A stretch of DNA of 64,000 bases from Lytechinus pictus (taxonomy: Eukaryota), in the NCBI RefSeq assembly GCF_037042905.1, contig NC_087251.1, forward strand, positions 38,504,001 to 38,568,000. Direction: 5' to 3'. Below, piece after piece: positions 13,701-25,700 of the stretch. How positions within the stretch are numbered: the first letter of the stretch is position 1; each line of letters opens with the position of its first letter. The notes beneath the pieces are model-generated. The model worked only from the letters and a program-made list of their open reading frames with translations, was not told the DNA's origin and ran no database searches. The translations under genes and the position numbers were made by a program.

Positions 13701-16700
13701 ATTACTTTTACCATTTGTATTTGTTTTTTTAAAAAGCCCAAAGCCTCAGCCAGTCCGCTCTCAGTCCTATGCAGAAAGATATCGGAAGGAATGGGAGGAG
13801 CAACAGCTGGAAGATGACGTATCAAACCTACACATTGAGGAGGACAAGCCCCTCCCTAGCAGTGCTATGTCAGGTAAGGTTTGATAATCTATTTTGGTTA
13901 ATTTGCTATATTGAGATATTTAAATTATAGAGTGATAACTGTAGGAATTTTTTTTATTTGTGATTTTGATCTTAAAATTGTATTTCAATGTTTTTTTTTC
14001 CTGTAAATAAATAATACTTGCATTGGAATAATGAGGTTTGTGGATTTTCTTATGAATCAAGTGTTTGAAAATATAAACCAATAGACAGTTATGTATGTAT
14101 ATGAGAACTAGTGCTGTTGTCGGGAACAAAAATCCATGTCGACATGTCGCTTAAAAATTAATCCCGACATCGACAATGTCGACATGAAAAAGGGACCGTA
14201 ATTTAGCCTAGGCTCCCTAACAAAAAAAATCATTCGATCGTGAAACATAACACTCTCAATCAAATGTATTCACCTTGACACGAGTGATATCCCCACACTA
14301 GATCTATATAATACAGGCTCAGTTCGGGAAACATTTTCACTAAGCTAGAGCGAATTCACTTCCAAAATCATTGATTAATCCACATTTTTTTCTGGAGAAT
14401 CAAGTTTTTGTACCACGATCCGGTCTCGAAAGCATTGCGCAATAACGCTCGGAGCCAATTTTAGAATCACCAATTACAACAGTGATCATTGCGTATTATA
14501 CGCTGGTACACATGTGCTGCAAACGCAAGCTCCTCAAATTGACAAAAAAAAATAATGAAAATCGACCGATAATTTCAGTATCACTTCCGTGGCGATCCGT
14601 GCAACGATCTCCAAACGAAGGAAGGGAAGTTTTCTGTGACTTTGAGATATGAAGTAAGCACTCAATTGCCGCGGTCACAACTTTGACAAAACACATGTTC
14701 GCTGCTGGCTCACGTTTATGTGAAAAGTAATGCATTGAGGAGCAACGTATTATCAAGCGATGGGTACATATTTCCGTGGATGGGTACGGTGAATGCTACT
14801 ACGCTACGCTCGCTATAGCGCTAGATATAGATCTAGAGAGATCGTCGGGATCGAGGGTGGCTCGATCGGGCAGGCCGGCCCCGCACTGAGCTGACTTATT
14901 TCTGCTGCCGCGCAACTCGCAGGTATTCTTTTTTCATTTAATGCGCTGCTAAGCTGAATAAACCTTATAATCGCGCCAATTACTGTGGATAAATGCTTCC
15001 AACTTTTCAGCTAAGCTTTACACTCGTGACTTTAGGCTAGACCCTTTTTTATTTTATGTTTACATGTCGATGTGGGTGCGTGCATGTCGACATGTTGGAA
15101 ACATTGAAAATCCTTTGTATGTCGACATCAATGTCGATATGAGGCCTATCGACAACAGCACTAATGAGAATGCACCTATTTCAAACATATTTTGATGAAT
15201 GTCAATGTCTCATACTTTGATATACATTAATCTAACATATTTTGAAGCATGTTAACATCAAATATTTTGATGTATGTTAATGTCATATATTTTGATGTAC
15301 AATAACATCACAGATTTGGAGAGTATGAGTGTTATGTCAGGAGCGAGACCAGTCTTGCCTGATGAGAAATCTGCTGAGGAAATGGTCAAGGCATATGACA
15401 ATTACAACTTTGATCATACCTACAACGAAGAACTGCCCATTACCAAACACAAAGATCAGGTAAATTAGAATATTACAATATAAGTTCAATTTTTTTGTCC
15501 GTGTATTGTTTGTCTTAATTCAATTTGTGACATTCAAATGTCATGTTATGCATGGCCAATCATCTTAAAGATACTATAGTGATTCATGGAACTAAAGAAA
15601 TAAATGGCATTTATCTGATCAAAATAAGCCTCATATCACCGGGGGCGTCATGGTCTAGTGGTTACGAATCTCGTCTTTCAATGAGAGGGACGTGGGTTCG
15701 AATCTCAGCCGCGGCATGTTTTCCTTCAGCAAGAAATGTATCCACATTGTGCTGCACTCAACCCAGGTGAGGTGAATGGGTACCCGGCAGGATTAATTCC
15801 TTGAATGCACCAAGCACCTTTAGCAGCTGGAGCTGCAGCAGGGGTAATACAGAGATGCCAACCCTCCCGATTTCATCGGGAGGCTCCCGAAAATTTATCC
15901 CAACTCCCGCCCTTACGATTGCCATCCTTATCCTCCCGAAATTACAATTTTTTTGCATTGATCAAATTGGATTGGAAGTACATATGTATCGTCTGCTAAC
16001 TTTAGCATGTAGTAACTCCATTACGTTCACTGCTACTAAATTCTGTGTGAAAGGCAGACAAATAAGGAGCAGCGAAAAGCTGGTGCATGTGATATGCCCA
16101 ACGGGAATCCACTGTGCACCAGGCCGGTAGGCCTGGCTAGCTTCGCGAGGCGTGTGCGCTCGGCCGCTCGCGGCAGCTGGATTTGTTGAGTCGTGCAGTG
16201 GAATATCGGTGTGTGATTTCGGTGTATTGATGGGTTGATATTGACACGAAAGGGCGGAAAATCAACAAAAGAAGACCAAGAAATGGTCTCAGAAGTATAA
16301 GACTGAATACAGTCTCCAGTACCCGTGTATTCGAAAAGAGGAATTTACCATGCATTTTGCACAATTTGCAGCGTGGATATTTCAGTTGAGCACGGAGGTC
16401 GTGATGATATTCGGAAGCACGTAGGGAGCAAACGGCATACGGACATTGCGAAGACGAGATCTTCGAGCTCCACTACTCACTAGTACCCTGTTGACTTAAT
16501 AAAGAGGATAATTCCTCCTTATTATTATCTTTGAACAGGTAATTTTCTTTTATTGTCCCCTAATTTTTTTTTACATGTAAAAATGCATAGGCCCTATTTT
16601 ATATTTTTTAAATTTGTATGTTAAAAAAGTGGGAACAATGATTTTTTAAAAACATGTGAAATGCTCCAAAATAAGGGTCAGATTGCACCAGAGAGCATCT

Positions 16701-19700
16701 AGAAACCCAGAGCTGGACCCCGGCCGCAAGGGTCGAGCGCTCCGCGCTCGAGGTGTGCGCTACGCGCACATAATTTAGTGTCAGTTGCAAATCCTCCCTA
16801 ATTCTGATTTTCAAAAGTTGGCATCTCTGGTAATATATAGTGCGCCATTGAATAGGAAACTAGATTAATCGACGCCTCATAAATGCCAAATATCTATTTA
16901 AAGACAAATCTATGTGAGAGCTCATCTGGTATTCTACTTATAATTTCTGATGAGTTTCACTTTTTAATTTTAACTCTAACTGTATTACACATTATTTGCT
17001 CTCCTAGTATTACCCTCATATTCAATCCAACTTATGATATTCCCCCCCCCCTTTGATCTTTGATTTGCAGGGCCAAAACACTATGAAAGCAACTATTAAA
17101 ACTTTAAAAGATTGTCACCAACCTCATTTAATCCCCTCTCTTATGCAGGTTCTAAACACCATGAAATCAACCGATATCACTTTAAAAAACGGTTGCCAAC
17201 CTCATTTATGGGCTCTCTTTTCCGATCAAACTTGTACTATATTTTCCTTTTTACCTTGCAGGTTCTGAACACCATAGAAAGCAACCAGGTGACCATAATC
17301 CAGGGTTCTACTGGCTGTGGCAAGACAACCCAAGTACCGCAGTATATTCTTGATGATTACGTGTGTAAGAGGAAAAACTGTAACATTGTGGTGACACAGC
17401 CAAGAAAGATTGCAGCTATTAGTATTGCTCGCCGAGTGTGTGAGGAAAGAAGATGGCAACTTGGTAGTCTTGTTGGATACAAGGTAATGGAGATCTTTTC
17501 CAGGATTTGATTGTATTTATCGTAGAACAACCAAAGTATTTTGTTATACAGTCTTTATACGGAACCTTGAGTACACCCTATGAAATGTGAAGAAAAAAAA
17601 CAGTGGATAGTATTCTAATAATTAAACCTAGGTTTATCCCTAGTCTAAACTAGAATTTTAAACCACACTTCTATGTAATGCTGGGCTTCATAATATTTCT
17701 TCAATATTGATGACTTTTATAATGTATCAATTAATTCATTGCATATTTTTGTATGTTCCTATTCTTCCCATTTCACAACTCAATTAATTTTTTACTACTT
17801 TTTGTCTCAGGATAAGAATAATTATTAATTGGTGAATGAGTTGACAACTGGCATTCCATAAAGGTGTGGTCTAAGTTAAACCAGGGCCCCATCTTACAAA
17901 GAGTTACGATTGATTGAATCAATGGAAATCCATCAGTGTCATAATTTTTTTCTACAGGAAATTTGCACAATATGCTTTGTGAACATAGAGAAACACACTG
18001 AATTGTCAAGAAAACAATGAATGTCATTTGAAATATATCATAGCTAGAAAATATTTAAAAAAAACGTCCATCATAGATGTTGACATTGATGGCTTTCCAT
18101 AGTTGTGGTTGATTGGATCAAATGTAACTCTTTGTAAGACGGGGGCCCAGGTTTAACTGAAGTGTGGCTATCAGAATACCACCCAGTATAGTCAAACCTG
18201 CTTTAGCACCACGTGTTTATAAAGAAGTTTGTGGTAATATTCTCCCTTGAAACTTGTATTACATTTATCCTATTCATAAAGACCATATGGTCATTAAAAT
18301 GGCAACTGGTACTTACAATAATGATAAAGTTTATTTTAATTATAAGTCTTGGGGGTGTTGCAAGAAAATATTTGCAATTAATCGCAAATATTCTGTTGCA
18401 ATTTTACAATTGATAGATCACTTTTAACTATAGCAAATCAGATTACATTCCTTGTTTCATGGAGCAGATTAGCAATCAATCACAAATTTGCAATTAATTG
18501 CCCAGCATATGCTTGATTTCGGGAATGAAAATAGACTTGCAATTGATTGCAAGTTTCTTGCAACGCCCCATTAATGCGATGGGCCATGGAAGGCGTGTAG
18601 TCCGAAAAGTTATCTGATCCAACATCCTTCCTAGATTCTAATGGTTGGGTCTGATTTTAAACCATGGTATTAAACTGTCAAATAAAAAAGACTTGGGGGG
18701 TGTTTCACAAAGATTAAAGTATGACTGAAGTCGCACTTAAATGCCGACGCGTACATGATATACAAAGCTCGATCTAATCGATAGATAAGCAGTAGTGTGC
18801 GTCCTCATGACACGATCTGACCAATGCGGTCAAGCCTTTCATACCATACGCAACTCGGTATTTAAGTGCGACTTTAAGTCATGCTTAAATCTTTGTGAAA
18901 CACCCCCCTTGTCGCACTAAACAAGTCCTTTCGTGAAACCCTCCCCTGATGTTGACTTCTGTGATCATTTGATTTCTCTTTCTCATGATATTTTTTGTAT
19001 AGGTTGGTATGGACCGAACAACGTCTCCAGACACTAGGTTGACTTACGTGACTACAGGCGTTCTCCTTCAGAAACTCATCAACACAAAGAATATGAATGA
19101 GTACAGTCATATCATTTTAGATGAGGTATATATAACCCCTTTGCTATACCTTAAATAGTTATCGAAAGTTATATTATCTTTTTTAAGGTGTATGGGTGGG
19201 CTTGTATCCACTTGTTCTACAACCAGATGGTCTACTTTCCACTCTGTTTGAGGTAATTTTTTTGTGATAGACAATATCTCTTTTGTGTAGTAGATAAAGA
19301 AGAATCTGACCATAGGTCCATTTCATAAAAAATATAAATAATAACAACTTTACAATAACAGTTATAAGCTACTGAAATCGTTCAATCTGATTGGCTTATA
19401 TACTAAATTTGTTATAGAAATTGTGCATTCGTTATTATAACAAGTCTTTGTGAAAAAGGACCCAGTAGATTTTACTCGTTTTGACAACGATTGCAGTGAA
19501 AAATGCGGTCGTAGTCAATCTAATGCAAGGATTTCAGTAGCTTTTGATAGTTGTCTGAGAAAAATCATTGATTATTTGTTTCATGAAATGCCTCCCTTGT
19601 GCTTACCAGGTTCATGAAAGAGATCTAGATACAGACTTTGCTATGCTGGTTGTAAGGAAACTACAGCGTACTTGCTCCAGGCATGTTAAGGTTAGTACAG

Positions 19701-22700
19701 TGTAAGTGGTCAATTGAGTATCAGTATTGTATTGTTTTATGCCTCTTTCCACAGGAAACATTATTTAAAAAAATATATTTTTTGAATTATTGCATTTTTT
19801 CATTATGAGAATTACACCATATACGAATAAAAATCATTAAAAAAAAATCACTATTATGTACAAACATACATACAAAATGATAATGAAATAAAAAAAAATG
19901 TTACAAACATTTTGTTTTGCAGTCATCCCTCCTGTTTTTGTTTTGTTCTGTTTTTCTTAATATTCTTAAATTGTTTGTAGCAGATTTTAGGATGATTCAA
20001 TAAAAGATATGCATTCCATTTGGGAAATTTACAGGCGATTGGGGCTGTGATGTGAGAGTGACATTGCCACCCCCCCCTGTATTTTCTACGCTGGTTTTTA
20101 TTTTCTGTTCTGATTCTTTTACCATCATTGCTATGACAGGTGATTCTGATGTCGGCTACCATTGATGTGTCTCTGTTTGGAGAATACTTTGCCCTCCCAG
20201 TGAGAGGATCACTAGAGATGCCACCTGTTGTCAGTGTAGAAGGGAAGGTCTTTGACGTAGAGGAAGCGTACCTTGATAACCTCACCAGGTTTGGACTGGT
20301 AAGAACCCAGGGAATAGAACGATAAAAATACAATTTCCTGTGCAGAATAAAGTGCCATTCCTATATAAAACCTCTTAAATCTACGCTAATCATTATACCC
20401 ACTCTAAATTGGCAATGTGATGAAAACAACAAAAATCACTGTTTTAAATTGCAAATTGGCAACTCTCCCAGTGAGATAATCACTAGATATGCCTCCTGTT
20501 GTCAGTGTAGAAGGGAAGGTCTTTGACATAGAGGAAGCGTACCTTGATAACCTCACCAGCTTTGGACTGGTAAGAACCCAGGGAATAGAATGATGAAAAT
20601 ACCATTTACAGTGCAGAATAAAGTGCCATTCCTAGATAAAACCTCTTAAATCTACGCTAATCATTATACCCACTCTAAATTGGCAATGTGATGAAAACAA
20701 CAAAAATCAATGTGTTAAATTGCAAATTGGCAACTCTCCCAGTGAGATAATCACTAGATATGCCTCCTGTTGTCAGTGTAGAAGGGAAGGTCTTTGACGT
20801 AGAGGAAGCGTACCTTGATAACCTCACCAGGTTTGGATTGGTAAGAACACGTTAAAGCCAGTCTATAGCTTTGATGAATTCTTATGCCTCTGCCCTCCGT
20901 AGGTGGTGCTGGAGGTATTATGTTTTCTGGTAGTCAATCCGTCCGTCTTGCTTTTGTTTTCATGATTACTCAAGAACAAAAATAAGTAAATAGTTCATCT
21001 TAAATCCTAATACAGTATCCTACCAAAATCAATATCTAATTCATTTTTCACTTCAGCTTGTCTGAACATGTTACGACTGTTCATTTAGGTAGCCTACCTC
21101 TCAAGAAATAAGTACACAGTAAGCTACAGACTGCCACATTGGCTACCTGTTTCTGATAGAATACATTATCGAATACTTGTTCAAACCTATAAATCTCTGT
21201 CAACCACACTACCTTCTTACATTTCTTCATTATTTCAGCAACAAAGATCTACCTACTCTCTTCGTTCTGCAGCTGCTCCTTCCTATGTCATTCCAAAATC
21301 CAGAAAACAGGCCGGTTTCAACTCCTTTCAATCTCTTGCCCCCCGTCTTTGGAACAAACTCCCTCCATCTCTTCGAAACCTCTCTTGACCTCTTCAAAAA
21401 ACATCTCAAAACACACTTATATAACCATAAACCTTAACTTGTCTTATGCAATCAATAGTGCTTTGTATCCTCTGGAAAAAGCGCTATATAAATCCAATTA
21501 TTATATCACAAATACCATTCCATTCCATTGAAGTTTATGATTATTTTTGTTGTTGTGTATAGGTCCCACGTCATAGACCTGAAATGATGCCAACAATCTA
21601 CAAGGAGACCTATGATTTAGCCAAGAACTTGGTCTGTAACTTTGACAACATGGAGAGACAGGAACAAGGGTGAGGAATTTCTTACCAGGGGCTGATATCA
21701 CAAATCTGAGTGATTAATCGTATGCTTGATTTCTATGATTGATTGTACATTGTAGCCCATGGAATCAATTGTAGAAAAATGTGATACGATCATTGCTAAG
21801 CTTTGTGTTACGGACCCCTAGGGTTGATATCACAAAGTTGAGTGATTGATCATAGGCCTGATCCCTTTAATTGATTACATCGATTTATTGTGTTTGATCA
21901 ATCATAAAGTTAACCCCCATGATCATTCACTAAACTTTATGCCACTGGCCCGTATTCTGAAGTCGGGTTTAACTTAAACCCAGGTTTGAAGTTGTGGTTT
22001 AAGTATGGAGAGCCAATTGGAGCATAAATCCCTAACAGTAAACATTCAGTTTTTGTCTCGCCTGCATAGCAGAGCGAGACTATAGGCGCCGCTTTTCCGA
22101 CGGCAGCGGCGGCGGCAGCGGCGTCAACATCAAATCTTAACCTAAGGTTAAGTTTTTGAAATGACATCATAACTTAGAAAGTATATGGACCTAGTTCATG
22201 AAACTTGGACATAAGGTTAATCAAGTATTACTGAACATCCTGCCTGAGTTTCAGGTCACATGACCAAGGTCAAAGGTCATTTAGGGTCAATGAACTTAGA
22301 CCATGTTGGGAAAATTATTTTCAAAATCTTAACCGAAGGTTAAGTTTTTGAAATGACATCATAACTTAGAAAGTATATGGGGACCTAGTTCATGAAACTT
22401 AGGCATAAGGTTAATCAAGTATAAGTGAACATCCTGCTCGAATTTCAGGTCACGTGACCAAGGTCAAAGGTCATTTAGGGTCAATGAACTTTGGTCAAGT
22501 TGGGGGTATTTGTTGAATTACTATCATAACTTTGAATATTTATGGATCTAGTCCATGAAACTTGGACATAAGGTTAATCAAGTATTAGTGAACATCCTGC
22601 CTGAGTTTCAGGTCACATGACCAAGGTCAAAGGTCATTTAGGGTCAATGAACTTTGGCCAAGTTGGGGGTATTTGTTGAATTACCATCATAACTTTGAAA

Positions 22701-25700
22701 ATTTATGGATTTAGTTCATAAAACTTGGACATTAGGTTAATCAAGTACCACTGAATATCCTGTGCGAGTTTCTGGTCACATGACCATGGTCAATGGTCAT
22801 TTAAGGTCAATGAACTTTGGCCGTGTTGGGGGTATTTGTTGAATTACCATCCTAACTCTGAAAGTTTATGGATCTAGTTCATAAAACTTCGGATATAAGA
22901 GTAATCAAGCATCACTGAACATCCCCTGTGAGTTTCAGGTCACAAAACCAAGTCAAAGGTCAGTTAAGGTCAATAAACTTAGGCCATGTTGGGGTAATTG
23001 TTGAAGTGCCATCATAACTTTGAAAGTTTATAGATAGAGTGAATGAAATGTGGACATGGGTGTAGTTGACAGTCTTAAGTCTCCGTTCAAATGTCATTTA
23101 TGGTCAATGAACGTGGTATTATGTCATTATATGAATTATGTTTTTGTGAATAATTATTTTATAGTAGTTTTCAAAGTTAGCACTGCTGCTATATTAAATT
23201 GCGTAATGCAGGCGAGACTGCCAGAGGCGTTCCACTTGTTTAACTCATATGACACCCAAATTGTTCATAATTGTCTAGGAAGTATAAGTAAATGATTTTC
23301 TTCACCATCGATGAATCAGGAAAGAGCACAGTAAACATAAGAAACATGCGAATTAATGAAAAGAATTGACACTTTTGGCTTCCCATAATTATAGCACAGA
23401 GTTAGACCATGGTCTAAGTTTTTTTATTTTTTTTTAAACATTTGTTTGGTAAAAGGAATCTACGTAAATAGCAAGTTCTGCTAGTGAGATGTAGACCCTT
23501 TGTTAGACTATTTACAATATAAACACACTTGAATTATTTAGCATGATATAGCATGAAATAATACAACTAGAAATATCTTATTATCTTACGGTTTGGTGCT
23601 TTTGAATAAAACTGAATACATGTAAGTAACTTAAGCGCAAGTTAAACCTGACTTCAGAATACGGGCCACTGGGTCTAAGTTAAGAGGCCTAGTTTTGTTA
23701 GCCCATTTTTGTCCTGTTGTACTCTTGGTTGAATGATCCTTAAGGAGTGGAGATTGGGCTTACATTGTGTGCGAGCAAGTCGGGGGGAGGGGGGGATGAT
23801 ATATCTTTTAAGTGCTCAGAGATGTCGTTCCAATGTATTAGACACTAAATTATAGCAGAATGTTATCATCAGCAATGATTCAAAGACTTATTCAACATGG
23901 CATCATCTTGGTAATGAAATCATTTTGAGATTGAGTAGAGATACCAGTAATTGCAATTTCACTATATCATCTGCCATCAAGTTTATTTTGACCGTTATGA
24001 TGTTTGTTTTGAGCAGGTGGGGCCTTGTTACAACTGATAATCTCGCACCAACGCATAATGTCGCAGATTGCGACATGCCAAGAGCGTCCAACGCATAATA
24101 TCGCAGTCAACGCATAATGTAGTTTTTCTAACGCATAACGTCACATGTCGCAACGCATAATGTCGCAGCAAATTGTCAACGCATAATGTCACATGTCGCA
24201 ACGCATAATGTCACAGCGGTATTTTCTTCAGGACTCGAGCTACAGATAAGATATAAAATATGCTTTCACTAAGTATTTTGAGACACGAGAAAGAGAATTA
24301 AGTGATTTGGAAATCAGTATTACTCTTTGTATGGATATTTATCGGTTTGTTGCCATTTTGTCTACTGCCTTTTTCCCCACTATCGCATGGTCTGATACCA
24401 TTTCGTCTACCATTAGTTAGTCAACTATCAACATAGTCCAATAACCATTTCGTCTAATTACCATCTTGTCTAATAGCCAGTTGATCTCATTTTCAATTGG
24501 TCCAATATCCACTTTGTCCAATATCATTACGTCTATTACCTTTTGGCCTAATAGCCAATTGGTCTGATAACCACTTGGACTACTCGCATTTCGTCCATGT
24601 TCCATTTGGTCTAACTTCAGTTAGTTCGCTATCACTTTGTCTAAACCCATTTTGGCTAACAATCATTTGGTATCGTTGCCATGGGTCCAATCACCAATAG
24701 GTCCAATCACCGGTATTTTCTTCAGGACTCGAGTTACAAAACTAAACAATTGACGGCAGCACGAGCCGAAAAATAGATTTTGGATCTAAGAACAGGACAC
24801 TCTTTTAATGTTTTGTAAATTGTAAAATGGATGGGTAACTAGGTGTCTTCCTACATGAATGTTTATAATGCGAGCAGAAGTTTTTTTTAATTCTGATCTG
24901 AAACTGGATAATTCAAGCACGCTATAAATATATAGAACAAGCTGCGTATCTCAATAAACTTGAGTGCGCGTTTTTTTTTAGATCTAGAATTTAGGCATTT
25001 TGAATACATGTTTTAATCATTTCATTTTATTTACTGTTTTCGTTTCCCAATGTTGTATACAATAAACATATCATAAAAATAAAGAATATAACAAAACATA
25101 GCGGTAGCTCAGTCGCTAGAGCGGGGGTTTCGGATTCCGGTGACCCGGGTTCGATTCCCAAATGGTGCGCTAGTGCCCTTTGTTAAGGCATTTATCCTCA
25201 TTACCAGGTCCCTCGGATAGGACCTTAAGCCGTTGGTCCCCTGGTTGCTTGCTCACAGGTATTTGTGCTTTTTTAGCAGTCAGGTAGAACCTCGGTATAA
25301 CATAACATAACATCTTATAAAACATAATAACGCCTATAGATTTGATAAACACAATTAATGACATTAAGCTGCCTTAAATGATTTTTTTTTTGTATATTAG
25401 AGTGAAACGGAGGGGCTGCCGAAAATGAGCAATGCTTGTATGTGAGGCCAGCCCCAAAACTTAGTTTCATTACCTAATTTTACACACATGCATAAATATA
25501 ACTTCGTAATAGTTAAAACAATAATAGTAATAATTATCGATGTACACTTTGCAAAGCAAATCAGAATTGAAAAAGCATAAAAATATAAAGCGAGAGCGAA
25601 GCGCGAGCTAAAAATACTTCATATTCCAGTCCAAAATGGGGTAAATTTATGCACTTTTTCAAGCACTATGCATGAAAATTCTGAAGTAGATGTGGATGCG

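Noticed and set aside
20878..20960. 5' end of a second DINE-like family (GTCC microsatellite)
   Set aside because: Too short and degenerate to delimit
25100..25175. Possible tRNA gene
   Set aside because: A and B boxes run into a SINE body, there is a second diverged copy nearby, and the acceptor stem is not convincing
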